The translations under genes and the position numbers were made by a program. Below the pieces are notes generated by a model, which was given only the letters and a program-made list of their open reading frames with translations, had not been told where the DNA came from and did not search any database. From IMG/VR virus record IMGVR_UViG_3300045988_160394, positions 192,001-256,000 of that record: a DNA stretch of 64,000 bases. The stretch is one strand, 5' to 3'. The stretch comes from a virus. This document shows positions 26,396-38,554 of the stretch, in pieces (the first letter of the stretch is position 1; every line of letters starts with the position of its first letter).

Positions 26396-26797
26396 TTATA
26401 CCGCCTTTGTGCTTGTTATACCAAATCCAGTCTTTATCATTGTTTCGGATGCTATATAGTCAGATATACCTGCAAAGTCTTCTATTAATTCGTCTACATT
26501 CTCAGGATAAAGTATTACCTTCTTTGCAAAAGCTTCTTGTTTTTCATAAAAAGCTAAATCTGGATCTTCAGAATAAGTATCAGTTAATATCTCTTTATAT
26601 TCACTTCTCTTTAATCTTTTCCATATGATTTGTAAATCTGTACCAGATATTTCAGTTATGAATACTTCTTTTAATTTATATTTTTCTTTTAATTCCTCAG
26701 CTATCATTTCTATTGGTTTTGTTTTCTCAACCTTAACTTCTTCAGAAGTTACTTGATCTTTTATAACTTCTTCTTTTTTTGTATTATTTTTTTTCAT
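26396..26797 (-). CDS. tail assembly chaperone-like protein, 133 aa
   Basis: GGAGGA lies 7 nt before the ATG at 26797; the track start at 26812 lacks an RBS. Paralog of the N-terminal half of 25598..26392. TAA stop. Confidence 0.6.
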   Translation of the reverse strand: MKKNNTKKEEVIKDQVTSEEVKVEKTKPIEMIAEELKEKYKLKEVFITEISGTDLQIIWKRLKRSEYKEILTDTYSEDPDLAFYEKQEAFAKKVILYPENVDELIEDFAGISDYIASETMIKTGFGITSTKAV

Positions 26798-26840
26798 TCT
26801 TAAATCCTCCATTTTTATTTATTTTCTAATAATTAGTATA

Positions 26841-27905
26841 TTAAGATTTGCTTATATACATAGTACAACTTTTATTAACTTTAAATACTGTATCTATTTC
26901 TGTTCTATATAAGCTGAATTCTAGAGAACAATTTATACCTTTTCCAGAATTAATTTTAGAATTTAGTTTTTCTATGTCACTTTTATCAGTTATTCTGCAT
27001 ACTCATCCTTGATCACAATAAGTTAGCGTATATGTTTTAGATAAGTTTATTTTACTATCAGAAATAGTTAATTTAATATTATTAATCTTATCTCCGCTTT
27101 TCTTATTTATTATTTCAGGAAATGCTACAGAAATTAAACAATTATCTTTGTCTAATTTTCTTAATGCAATATTAGTAACGATAGCTAAATAATTTTGATT
27201 ACCTAACGCTTTACTCTTTGCAGTATCAACATCACTTTTATTTTTCTCTTCTACAACAACATAATCATATTTATTATTTGCTGATTTTAAATTAGGATTA
27301 GGAGTTGGAGTATTATCTTTAACATTGCCATCTTCTTCAGTCTTTTTATAAGATAAGTTTCTTGCTATAAAACTATATACTTCTGCTATAGGTTCTCCAC
27401 TAGTGTCAAGAACTTGTTGATACCCTGTTATATAAACTCCTTCTATAACTTGGAATGTTGCATTATATGATGTTTCATTACTTACGTTATATCCACCATA
27501 TCCTATCACTATATCAAAACACTTTCTAAATAAAGCTGCATTTAATGGATCACATGAAACTCCAACTTTGTCATAAGGATTCGCTATAGATGATTCTGGT
27601 ATACGTTCTAATAAATTAGCTATATAACCTACTTCTGTAAAGTTAATTATAAAAGTACCTTCTACTAATTTCTGTCCAATAATTATTCTAGATGGAAGAA
27701 AGCTATTAAAACCATATATGGGTTTTTTCTGTTCAGTATAAGTAAAATCAATTCTAGCTATATCTATTATTCTTTCTCCACCAATAAACATTTCTGCATC
27801 TATTGAAGAGAAATACCTTTTATGTGTTCCAGCATATTTAGTTGTACTAGTAATTAAGTCTCTATCACTAGCTTGTACTCCATACGTAAAATAAGGCTTA
27901 GCCAT
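26841..27905 (-). CDS. tail-tube paralog 3, 354 aa, 1 in-frame TGA (27003)
   Basis: The N-terminal pattern SSIDAEMFIGGERIIDIARIDFTYTEQKKPIYGFNS parallels GGSDIVATFNGKTIGELQAITYSITREKVPVYTMGS of 30547..31212. The frame stays open 53 codons past the TGA to TAA 26841-26843 (hand-translated). Confidence 0.65.
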
Positions 27906-30460
27906 TAAATCACCTCCAAATCTATTGAATAAGCTTTTGTATTTAGATTATCCATTATTACAAATCCTGATTTTATTACAGGATTACTATCTATCATATA
28001 AAAAATATTTATATCATAATTGTCATTTATAATTGCTGAGTTAGAATCATAATGATACACATTATAACTATCTTTTTTAATGCATATTTGAATAAGTTGA
28101 GAATCGTTTGCTTTATCAAAAATGATTGTTTTATTTTTAGAATCATATATTGCTTTTTTATACTTTTCTTTATTTATACATTTTTCATTAAAGATAGTCT
28201 TATATAATTCATAAAGCAAATCAAAACTATCACTTTTTAATGATAAGATATTTTGAGCATAAGATGGCTCAACATTTTTTACAAATGTATTCTCACTATT
28301 TACTATAGATGATACATCTGATAAATATCCTTTTTTATTTATATTGCTTTCTATTTTTTTTGTAATCATATTACAATCGTTATTCTTTAAATAATTATTA
28401 ACATCATTACTATCTTCTAATAAAGATACAAAACCTACATCTGAAATAATACTGTACTGTTCGTTTTCTATTCATAATGCAAATATATCATCTTTATTAA
28501 TAGCTGTTAAATACTTATTTAATACTAAAGTTTTATCTTTATCTGTAAATTTTATTTTTCTAAAAGTTGTAGTATCTAAACATTCACTTAATTTAGATAT
28601 GCATAAATAATATATATTATCTTTGTTTCCTAAGTTTTCTATATAATCAACATCGGCTATTAAATCTAAAGATTCATTTATATATCCACCAGGAGCTTTT
28701 AATAAATATATATCTTTATCTTTGTTTTCTTTAGCTGTTAAACATTTTAAAGATAAATTAGATAATTTAGAATTACTTAAAGACGGTGTATCGTATTTTT
28801 CTAATGTATTAACACTATTATATATATTTTTTAAGAAACCTTTGTCATTGTCTGAAAAAGAATAAAAACAATATCTTGGTGATTTAATATTGTTATTATT
28901 TATACCTATTACATTATACAATGTATTACTTTTTCCAGTGTATGTTACTTCAGTAGGATAAGAAAGTGTAGATTCATAATAATTTTTATTATTTCTATCT
29001 ATAAAAACATTTGCTTTTATAACACCATTATTAAATTTAAATGTATTGCCAAATACATTATCTATTTTTTTTGTTGGCATGTAATCATAATTATCACTAT
29101 TAATAGAAGATATAAATTCGTTATTATATTTTACTGCCATTAACATTAGTTCTTTTGATTTTATATCTTTCTTACTACTAAGAGTATTTATAAAGTTTTC
29201 ATCTTTTAATTCATCTAAAATAGGAATATATGAATTGAAATCACTTGCTAATAACATTTTATTGTTCTTTACATATTCTTTGTATTGATTAACAAAACTA
29301 TCTTTAACTTCTAAAGTTCTTACTTTAACACTTTTACTAAAGTTATTATCTAGTTTTGTATATATAAGATAATCTTGATTACTTTCTAAATTATTAAAAG
29401 TACATCTTCTAGATATTAACTCTTGTTCTATCTTTTTATTAGTAGCAATATCAATACAAACACATGTATCATGGCTACTATTGTTAGACATAACTTTTAT
29501 AGAACTATTAGTAACTAATTCTATAATAGGAGCATCATCTGATATTGTATTAAACACAATAACTTTATTAACAGCAAAAGTAGCTGTATTTGATAATGTT
29601 TGACCTTTATTATGATATCAAGCGGAATACTCTCCAGGTTTCATATAAGCATAATGTGTTTTACTTTTTTCATTTATTTGTACTTCTTTAACTATATTAT
29701 TAGTTTTTCTATCAGATATAGATATAGTACCTACTACTTGATTTGGCGAAAGATAAAACTTAACCAAACCTTCATCTTCATTTGAAGAAGGTTGTTCAAC
29801 TATTGCTGATAAGTATATCTTTTTAAAATTGTTTGAATTAGTTATATTATTTATATCATGAATAGACTCTCCTAGATTGTTAGGCTTAGATATATTTCTA
29901 TTTGGATGAGTAGAAATAACTTTATTATTTTTATTAGATTGATTACTTCCTACTTCTATTCCTTTTCTTAATGGTTCCATAGCTGTAGCTACAAATTGAT
30001 AAGTATTTTCTGTATATAAATCGTTGATTGACATAACTTGTCCTTCATTAATTATTCTTAATCCATATATAGCCATTCTAGAAGTTCTTCCGTATTCGTT
30101 AGCAAATGTTATAGTAATATCTAAAGCAGGTAATTCATCAGGAAGAAAGAATTCTTTACCTGTAGCGGTTTTTAAATCATCAAACATCTCTGTTGCAAAA
30201 TGCTGATCGAAAACAGCAAATACTAAAGATCCAGCAATTGTTCTTTGACCTAATGTATAATCTAGAGCATTAGCACTTCCAATAACTCTAACTGGTTTTT
30301 TATCTTGGTGAGTAGAAACAGATAAAGTTTGAATAGAGCCTAATGTATAAACTTTTTCAGCAACGTTACCATTAGCTCCAGTTACAACATTTAATCTAGC
30401 AGTAACAACTATATCACAACCAGAATAACTGTCATATCCTTTTATTTCGAATTTAGCCAT
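27905..30460 (-). CDS. tail-tube paralog 2 with a roughly 570-aa Asn/Ile/Lys-rich C-terminal extension, 851 aa, 2 in-frame TGA (29618, 28472)
   Basis: ORFs 29618..30460, 28472..29557 and 27905..28369 are co-framed, and the linkers have no TAA/TAG. The N-terminal 280 aa is tube-like (YSGCDIVVTARLN...VYTLGSIQTLSVSTHQDKKPVRVIGS...ITITFANEYG, shared with paralog 1). TAA 27905-27907 overlaps the next ATG (TAATG). Confidence 0.7.
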
Positions 30461-30507
30461 TATATATCCTCCTTTTTTATTTTAGATATAGCTTTAATAT
30501 ATGTTTA

Positions 30508-30540
30508 CAAAAAAAAGAGGAAGTACTGAGACTTCCTCTT
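30508..30540 (-). terminator. rho-independent terminator after tail-tube gene 1
   Basis: Perfect 10-bp stem AAGAGGAAGU/ACUUCCUCUU with a 6-nt loop. On the minus strand it is followed by a U8 run. Confidence 0.8.
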
Positions 30541-30546
30541 AAAAAA

Positions 30547-31212
30547 CTACCAAGTAGTACTTATGAAACCTTTGTTATTATCATCAATAGGCTTCATTGA
30601 ATCTACTGATCTACAAACGAAAGTATAAGCTTTTTCAGATGTAGGAGCATCAATAGAGAAACCTGTTCCTTCATTCAATAACTCTACTCCATATAAAACA
30701 GTAGAAGCTTTATTACCATATTCATTAGCAAAAGTGATTGTAATATCGAATGGTAATAGTTCATCAGCGTATCTTGGTTTAACATTTTCTGCAACTAGGT
30801 CAGAAGGAGTTTTACCTGTAACACCAGCTCCAGTATTAGTACCAGAAGATAGACTAGTCATGTGCTTATCCCATTCTTCAACTGAAGTAAATTGTAAAGC
30901 ACCATTATCATCTGAAGTTTTGAATACATTTGCATGGTATTTACTGATTCCTGGACCATCTGATAATTCAACCATTAATGCGTCTCTATTGAAAGTAATG
31001 AATACTAAGTTACCAGCTATACCTCTTTTACCTCTTGAGAAAGATCTAGGCTCTGCACTACCCATAGTGTAAACAGGAACCTTTTCTCTAGTAATTGAGT
31101 ATGTTATGGCCTGTAACTCACCAATTGTTTTACCATTGAATGTAGCAACAATATCGCTACCTCCAAAAGTAGTATAAGTCTTCTTATATTGTTCTGTGGA
31201 CATGTTAGCCAT
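30547..31212 (-). CDS. tail tube protein (paralog 1), 221 aa, no TGA
   Basis: Lies immediately downstream of the sheath gene with a strong RBS AAGGAGGAA. Conserved blocks are shared with the two downstream paralogs (PFDITITFANEYG). TAG stop followed by a strong terminator. Confidence 0.75.
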   Translation of the reverse strand: MANMSTEQYKKTYTTFGGSDIVATFNGKTIGELQAITYSITREKVPVYTMGSAEPRSFSRGKRGIAGNLVFITFNRDALMVELSDGPGISKYHANVFKTSDDNGALQFTSVEEWDKHMTSLSSGTNTGAGVTGKTPSDLVAENVKPRYADELLPFDITITFANEYGNKASTVLYGVELLNEGTGFSIDAPTSEKAYTFVCRSVDSMKPIDDNNKGFISTTW

Positions 31213-31259
31213 TAGAACATTCCTCCTTTATTATATTCATAAACAATATATTTAATTAT

Positions 31260-31280
31260 AAGAGGGGATATACCCCTCTT
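31260..31280 (-). terminator. stem-loop between sheath and tube genes (AAGAGGGG/CCCCUCUU, 8 bp)
   Basis: Perfect 8-bp inverted repeat with a 5-nt loop, 6 nt after the sheath TAA. The tail is AU-rich, not a clean U-run, so it may be an attenuator or a processing/stability element. Confidence 0.5.
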
Positions 31281-31285
31281 ACATA

Positions 31286-34216
31286 TTAGTTGCTTTCTTG
31301 TACAGAAACAGTGTTTCTAACTTCTTTGATTTCGTTATAAGGGATAACAACGTATTGTATCTTGATTATACCTAATCTAGCAGAAGCAGCATCTGTTACT
31401 ATATTGAATTTGTAGTAGCTGATTAATGATTCTTTTAACTTATTTAACATAGATGTTATAGCTGTAGTCATAGAGTTTCTGTTAGCTAAGTTATCTTGTA
31501 ATCCAATAAATGGTTGAATTACTTCTCTTAAACTAGCATCAACTATATTTATAACCTTAGCTGTAGATAATCTTCTGTAAGCAGAATCAACTGGTGCCAT
31601 TGTTATACCATCTGTTATAACAGTACCATTAGTTGTATTCTTAACAGTAACTATACCTTTACCTGTTAATTGGCTTAATTGATAGTTTGATAATTCAAAC
31701 GCTAAAGTTGGTAAGCTTATAGGTTGGTTAGTTGAAGATCTATCAGCTGCTAAAGTAGAAACCATACCAGCGTATCCAGCTGCACCATTAGATACATAGT
31801 TATATCCGTTACCAGTTGTAACTACATATTGCATGAATGGAACTGAGATTCTCATTCCTATTGGATGAGGCATGTTATTGTTGTTTAACATGTTATTACC
31901 GTTAGGTCTCTTAGCATATAAGTCTAAGTCTAAAGATAATACTTCATTAACTCTTGCTGCTACTGTTGATAAGTTAACACCATTTAACTTAGCACATCCT
32001 ATTATTCCGTGAGTTGGGAATGTTTTTAAAGATGTATAAGTACAGTGTTGAGCTAAATGTCTAGCAAAGTTATCTGTAGTAGTGTAAGGAATATACATAG
32101 TAGTATCGTAGAAAGTATCTCCTTTATCCTTACCTGTACCTTTACAGCTAGCTCCAACTTCTTTATCTGGAGATAAAGCTTTTGCTTTAAAGTATTCAGA
32201 GAATATTGGGTTTTCATTTAACTTGTCTACTAACTCTCCATAAGTCATCCATTGAGCTTCTGTTGAGAATACTACAAGGTTTAATCCTGAAGCAAGATCT
32301 TCTACAAAACATATAGTATAATCTTCTTCTAATTCTTTATTAGCTATTTGAGATAATTCTGCTACAGGAGTGATTACATTGTTTTCACCAGCAATATATA
32401 CGTTAGCTATATCTCCATTAGTAGCTATTAAAGTTGTATGTTGAGGAACTTCTTTAACTGTTGCATTACCGTTTTTAGCTTGTACTAATTTAACATGGCT
32501 AGATGTTGATCCTAAAGTATCAGCTTGTAATGCTCTACCATCTTCTGATTGCATTAAAGCACTAGCTTCAGTTTCTACTAGTTTAACAGTTTCTCCTTTT
32601 TGAACTAAGAATAAACCGTCTTCTTTAGTAGATACAACTAACTTACCATTAACTACTTGCTTAATAGTAACAGTAGTAAAGTCTCCTTCTATTACGGCTA
32701 CTAAAGTTCCTTCAGGGAATTTAGCACTATCCTCTTGTTCTTTTGTTATACTAACTATTCTTCTAGCTTTTAAATCAGTATCTATTGAGCTTAATATCTT
32801 ATTTTGGTCTATGCCTTCTTCTATAGATTTAATTTCAATAGTACAGTCTTTAGCTTCTGAGAAGTCTTTGCTATCTATTTTAGCTACTACTTCTATCATG
32901 TTAGAAAGATTTTCTTGTAAATTGAAAGTTCCTGCTTTTCTCTTTTTGAAAGCGTCTTTTCTAGGAAGTTTTCCATTTACTTTAGTTTCTGCATTAACCA
33001 TACCAGTTAATACTGTATAGTTAGTTGAATGGTTTTCTAACATAGAATAAATACCATCCATTATACCAACTACTCTATTAGGATCGTTAGACTCAGGTAC
33101 AGCAACTTTGTAACCTCTAACTTCTCCATGAGTTCCTTTTAAAGCAACTACTTGAGCAGTTTGAGCGAAACCAGAACCTAATCTTTTGTATAAATCGAAT
33201 TCATCTAATTCTACTTCTTCGTAATCCTTTTTATTCTTAACAGCTATTTTATCTATTACTCCAGATGGTTTTAACCAATCTCCTTGGATATCTGTAGCAA
33301 TAGGCAATAAAGCACTTAAGTCATTACTTGATTTACCGAAGATAGGATAATCAGCTTTTACATCAGAGTTTATAATTAACTCTTTCCAAACTGATTCTTG
33401 GTAATTAGAATGAGGTTTTTCATGAGCAGATAAAACATAATTTACATCAGTTTTAGTTTTAACTCCTTCTGCTGCATGATCTCTACCTATAGTATAAAGA
33501 CCAGGGAACATTACACCTAAACATAAAGATTGAGCTTCTTTAGATGATGCAGTTACATCTCCACCTTCTTCATTAACTATAGCTAATCTTATAACATTAT
33601 TAGCTTCTAAGTTGTTAACGATATTAATAACGTCAACAAGTCTAGAATCTTTAGTTATACCATAGCCAGCTAATTTTATTTCATTAACTAGTAATTCAGA
33701 TTGGTTAAAAACTAATCCTTGGATTTTTTCTTTCATGTTAGATCTGTCGATAGGTTTGTATATTCTTATAACTCCAGCATCACTATTTTGTGCTTGGTTA
33801 GCAGAGTAGTTTAAGAATACATCTTTGTTTAAGTTTGATGGGAATATACCGCTTACTCTTAACTTAAGTTTAGTTTCTGTAGCTAATTGATAGTCTTTGT
33901 AAATTTCTTTACCAGAAACTCTTATTGCGTATATTGTTCTACAACCTCTATCTCAAGCATCAAATATTTCAGCAACTAAAGTAGCTTCTCTTCTTGTTTT
34001 AGTATCAAATGAATCACCGAAAATATATTTCGCATGTTCAGGTGAAAAGATAGGAACTACTTTACCAACTGGACCATTAAAAGCTGTACCTATTATAGTT
34101 ACAGATTCAGTTGTATTGAATTTACTTGTGTCGTAATCCTGAGCATAATCAGGGATAATCTCAGTTATTACTCCAGGAAGGATAAGATCATTGTCAAATA
34201 TTCCTGTGTTTGCCAT
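31286..34216 (-). CDS. tail sheath protein, 976 aa, 1 in-frame TGA (33953)
   Basis: ORFs 33953..34216 and 31286..33736 are joined in frame; the linker was scanned with no TAA/TAG. The N-terminus has the sheath signature LPGVITEI...TIIGTAFNGPVGKVVPIFSPEHAKYIFG. Size and position upstream of the tube genes also fit. Confidence 0.85.
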
Positions 34217-34240
34217 TATAGCATTCCTCCTTGATTGTTT

Positions 34241-34921
34241 TTATTTTTTTTCAACAGTATCTCCGTATACTTCTATGTCATCTAGTCTTCTATTGAATAT
34301 TACTCTTAATTTTTCTATTTTTACATAGTAACGAAGATTTCTTACTGATAAAGTTTCCCTAAAGTTATTATATTCACTGTCCGTAACTTGTTCTTTAAAA
34401 TATATCTCACTTACACCTTCTTTTTTTAAATAACCTGTATAATTTAATATTAATTCTTCAAAATCTTCCATTATTTTATCGGCTATTATACTTTCTGTAG
34501 CAAAGATGTTAAATTGAACTATACAATCAAAGAACTGTCCAAAAACAGTACCCCCTCTTTGTTCATTATATTCATCACATTCATTAGTATTTTCTCTTAC
34601 TATAGGCTTGTACTCATTTGAAGGTTTTCTACTAACTACTTTATACGATATATATGGATGATTGACTGGAATTTCTGGATCAGTAATTTTTATTTGATGT
34701 TCATCATTTGTAAATACAACATCATCTTTTTTCATATCATAATCAACTATTGTTCCAATCATTCTTATACAATCTATTAAACTAGCATTTTTATCTGCTC
34801 TTTGCATTTTCTTTGCTGTTCCACCATGAGGCAATTTACAATTATCTTCTTTTGGAGTTGTCTCTTCTAATCCATTTATACTATCTAAAGTATTAAGCAT
34901 GCTTTCTAAATCGTCTCTCAT
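34241..34921 (-). CDS. hypothetical neck/tail-completion protein, 226 aa
   Basis: Intact ORF with TAA stop, tightly packed between the neck genes and the sheath. Confidence 0.6.
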   Translation of the reverse strand: MRDDLESMLNTLDSINGLEETTPKEDNCKLPHGGTAKKMQRADKNASLIDCIRMIGTIVDYDMKKDDVVFTNDEHQIKITDPEIPVNHPYISYKVVSRKPSNEYKPIVRENTNECDEYNEQRGGTVFGQFFDCIVQFNIFATESIIADKIMEDFEELILNYTGYLKKEGVSEIYFKEQVTDSEYNNFRETLSVRNLRYYVKIEKLRVIFNRRLDDIEVYGDTVEKK

Positions 34922-34922
34922 T

Positions 34923-35984
34923 TTATACCGCCCCCATTATAATGTTTATATCTTCAATAGTTCCGTAAGGCACTATACTATAATCAGCTATTATATATCC
35001 AGATGATTCATCAGTCTTTTTGAAAATAACTTTATTAACATGGTATTTTTTTATTAGCTTTCCTTTTAATCTATTTAAGCTTTTTGTTATATCGTCTTTT
35101 ATTTGCATAGATGTATATGGAGTAAATAATTTACCTTTGTATTTACTCATATCTATATTTTTTATAGTAAGCTTTATTACATCATCTACTAATGCATTAG
35201 AATATATATCGTGAGGTTCTTTAAAGTTAAAAGGATTTTCTAAAGTTACTTTATCTATATAAAAATTATATTTAAAATACATAGCTCTTAATCCTTTTAC
35301 ATCTATATTATCTATATTAAAAACAACTTTTAAATCATTTAATCCTCTAAAGTATTCTGCATAATTTCTTGTAGAATATAAACCAGCTAATAAAACATTT
35401 GAATATGGAATATCTTCTACATTGTTATAAACAAAGTTTAAGTTATTACCGTATTCTTTTAAAAAGCTTTTATTCTTTATATTCATTGAAACTACAAAAT
35501 CATTTTCTATATCACCCATCTCTGTTAGATAACTATCAAAGTTTTCGTATAGACTAGCATGCCTTTCTGTCATTAAAATTGTAGTTAAGCTATTAACAGA
35601 AGCAAATTGTTTTAAAAAGTAATTTGCATAATATTCATTTGTATCTTCTATAGGGTTATAAAATTTATCACTTAAATAAATACCAATAGGTACTAAGAGA
35701 TCAAAATCATAATGGATTAATTTATCTATAACTCTTATATAATCTGATTCGTAAAAGCAATTAGAAGTATAAATATTATTAGCTCCCATATCAAACAATA
35801 AACAATAAGCTTTATATAATTCACTATTACCATATAGAGATAATGCTTCTTCTTTATTTTTAGGAAAAAGTATTTCTCTATTTTTATAATCTGATGAAGC
35901 TTCGCCTAATAATATTACTTTTCTATCTTTATTAATATCAGTTGAAAACTTCTTTATATTTTGACTACTTACGTTTATACTCAT
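34923..35984 (-). CDS. hypothetical neck/tail protein, 353 aa
   Basis: Intact ORF with TAA stop. It overlaps the upstream gene end by 20 nt. Confidence 0.6.
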   Translation of the reverse strand: MSINVSSQNIKKFSTDINKDRKVILLGEASSDYKNREILFPKNKEEALSLYGNSELYKAYCLLFDMGANNIYTSNCFYESDYIRVIDKLIHYDFDLLVPIGIYLSDKFYNPIEDTNEYYANYFLKQFASVNSLTTILMTERHASLYENFDSYLTEMGDIENDFVVSMNIKNKSFLKEYGNNLNFVYNNVEDIPYSNVLLAGLYSTRNYAEYFRGLNDLKVVFNIDNIDVKGLRAMYFKYNFYIDKVTLENPFNFKEPHDIYSNALVDDVIKLTIKNIDMSKYKGKLFTPYTSMQIKDDITKSLNRLKGKLIKKYHVNKVIFKKTDESSGYIIADYSIVPYGTIEDINIIMGAV

Positions 35985-36417
35985 GAATTATCTCCTTAAA
36001 GTTTTTAATTATTTGCTTATTATTATTCTTTTGAGATGGGCATACGCATCTAGTAAATTTAAATTCTCCATTAAGTCCTCTATGGAATTGTATAGCATAT
36101 ACTCTATACATATTTTCTCTATCTATTATTAAGTCGTCTTTTTCTATAAATAATTTATTTTTTATATAAAATATCTTAGGAGTAACAGTAGGGAACTCAG
36201 CTCTTAAAGCTTCGAATTCCCTAGACTCTCTAGATGTTCCTTCTACTTGAAATATCTTTATTTTATAGCCTAAACCTAAACAACTTTTACATGTAAGCTT
36301 AGGTTGTTTTGTTACAGGATCAACGCATTTGCATTTAATATTGCCTATTTTCTTCACTATTCAAAATTTATATTTTCAACTATCTATTACTTCTTGTGCA
36401 AAACTATGGTCAATCAT
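35965..36417 (-). CDS. hypothetical Cys-cluster protein, 150 aa, 2 in-frame TGA (36361, 36376)
   Basis: The ATG at 36415-36417 opens MIDHSFAQEVIDS-W-KYKF-W-IVKKIGN, running into track ORF 35965..36357 (whose M is really a GTG Val). Contains CKC...CKSC. TAG stop. Confidence 0.6.
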
Positions 36418-36419
36418 AT

Positions 36420-37163
36420 TTAAAATCTCCTTCCAAATCTGCTAGAGAAATTATTGTACAAACGATTATATCCATCCATACCATTTGGTCTATAATAAGG
36501 AGCTCCTAAGTTTATATCTACAGGCATAGCTGTTCTTCCTCTAAGAGCAAATACTGGATCAGCAAATGTCATTAATCTATTTAAGATATCTTCAAAATCT
36601 TTTTTAAATCTATCTAATAAGTCTTTTATAGCTGATAAATTATACTGAAATTCTTTAGACAAATCTGATAAAACTTCTTTAACCTTTTCAGGTTTAGTTA
36701 CCATGCATATATATAAAGTACTTAAAGCTTCATAACAAGTTTTATATATTACAAAATGCCAAACTAAACTATGTGTATTTTTTAATTCTTCTACATTATC
36801 TCTTAATATTAATAAGTCTTCTTTTGAAAAATGTACGTTCTGTTTCTCATAAGCTTTTTGTACTATTACCTCTACTAATCTAGAAGCTTCTTTTAAATGA
36901 TATAATATTACTTCATCATTTATATCTATATCTCCTAGTTTATTTTTTATATCATCTATAGATGCATACATAATACTAGGTTTAGAAATGTATTTTATTT
37001 TTTGAGCTTTTAAGAAAGTACCATTAGTAGCATATATGTTAGGTAATTTAAATTCATATACACTATTATCATCAAAGTCTTTTAAATGGAATGGTTTTAT
37101 AATTAACACATTAGGCTCTATTTCGTCTACAGATATACTACAGCTTACTCTTTCTCTATTCAT
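36420..37163 (-). CDS. hypothetical head-tail connector region protein, 247 aa
   Basis: Intact ORF. Its ATG overlaps the upstream TAA (TAATG). RBS AGGAGTG. TAA stop. Confidence 0.6.
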   Translation of the reverse strand: MNRERVSCSISVDEIEPNVLIIKPFHLKDFDDNSVYEFKLPNIYATNGTFLKAQKIKYISKPSIMYASIDDIKNKLGDIDINDEVILYHLKEASRLVEVIVQKAYEKQNVHFSKEDLLILRDNVEELKNTHSLVWHFVIYKTCYEALSTLYICMVTKPEKVKEVLSDLSKEFQYNLSAIKDLLDRFKKDFEDILNRLMTFADPVFALRGRTAMPVDINLGAPYYRPNGMDGYNRLYNNFSSRFGRRF

Positions 37164-38092
37164 TAAAAATCACTCCTATACGCTATAATCTTTTCAGGTA
37201 GTTTACTTGCATCTATATCTAAATTAAACTCTATATAAAATTCAGGATATGTTTCACCATTTTGGCTTCTTGAAACTATTTTAAGTTCTGTTTCGTCTTC
37301 TAAGAAAAATTCTACTGGAGCTAATACTTCTTCTAAATAATCTTTTTCAGCTTCAGTTAAAATATTGTTTTCACAATCTTTTCCGTTAGGTACTACAGAA
37401 AAAGTTATAGTATCACTTCAATCTCCATCCATATCTTCTTTTTCTTTTACTCTGGCTCTCATGTAATATTGACCATTATCTAATTGAATTAATCCATCTG
37501 TAAATTTAGAAACATAAGATTGAACTATATCAAAAAAAGCTACATCAGAAGCAAATTGGAATTCATATTGTATCCCTGATTCGCTTTCTAATATAGCTTC
37601 TTTCATATTAGAATCCCTTAGTTTAGAGTTATAAGTTGGCAGACTTATAATATCTTTTAACTCTGTATTTGGTTTAACTGTAATAGTTCCATCTTCATTA
37701 ATTCTATTAATTGAAAAATAAAATAAATTATGTTCTGTTAACACGGCTTCATTATTTACAGGTGATGTTATAACAGCTTTATATTTAGAATCTGCTGAAA
37801 ACTTTATATCTTTAGATATGTTATTAGTTAATTCACGTCCTAACATATCTTTAATGTCTTTAACATTAATTTGATAAAAGCCTTCAAGATTTGGTCATTC
37901 TTTTAAAGTTATTATTATTTTATTATCATCAACAGATAACTTATATATTACAACGGTGCCAGATGATGCATCTACAACATTAACATTCTTCTTATTTACT
38001 GTTTCAGGATTGACAGTAAAATTAGTTAATATAGTGATTTTCTTGTTAGTATATTCTCCATATATACTAGTAACATTAAAAATGCTTTGCAT
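37163..38092 (-). CDS. hypothetical head/neck protein, 309 aa, 2 in-frame TGA (37895, 37418)
   Basis: ORFs 37895..38092 and 37418..37846, plus an 84-codon extension, are co-framed. All linkers were triplet-scanned. TAA at 37163-37165. Confidence 0.7.
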
Positions 38093-38113
38093 TATCTATC
38101 ACCTCATATTTTA

Positions 38114-38503
38114 TTATTTAGTTGTTTCTGTTTCTTCTACTTTTTTAGTAGATTTCTTTTTAGTAGTTTTTTTAGCTGGTTTCTTTTCTTCTTCAACTAC
38201 TTCTTTTTCTTCTGGTTCCACTACTGGAACTTCTTCTTTTACTTCTTCAACAACAGGTTCTTCAATGACCTCTCTTACTGGTTCTTCACTTACAACAGGA
38301 TTAGATTGAACTTCATTGTAATCAAGTTCACCTTCTACCACATAGATTAATTTATGAGATATACCTATTTTAATATTAGTTGTGTTTGCTCCTTCATAAA
38401 TAAGAGCTTCTGGTCTAGTAATTGTAAGGTGTGTATTAGTAAGAGGGTCATACCATCCTGGATTACCTGCTGATATTTTTATTCTAGCTATTGGTGCTCT
38501 CAT
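38114..38503 (-). CDS. hypothetical head-associated protein with an E/V/K-rich tail, 129 aa
   Basis: Intact ORF directly after the MCP gene. TAA stop. Possibly a decoration protein (context only). Confidence 0.55.
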   Translation of the reverse strand: MRAPIARIKISAGNPGWYDPLTNTHLTITRPEALIYEGANTTNIKIGISHKLIYVVEGELDYNEVQSNPVVSEEPVREVIEEPVVEEVKEEVPVVEPEEKEVVEEEKKPAKKTTKKKSTKKVEETETTK

Positions 38504-38554
38504 GTGGTACGACCTCCTTTATAATTTATTCTTTTATTTAATTTTTAAACTATA

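Noticed and set aside
31286-34216. Classifying the phage as crAss-like because of the giant RNAP-like gene and the recoding
   Set aside because: A clear sheath gene and tube paralogs indicate a contractile tail. crAss-like phages are podovirus-like. The similarity is limited to the RNAP class.
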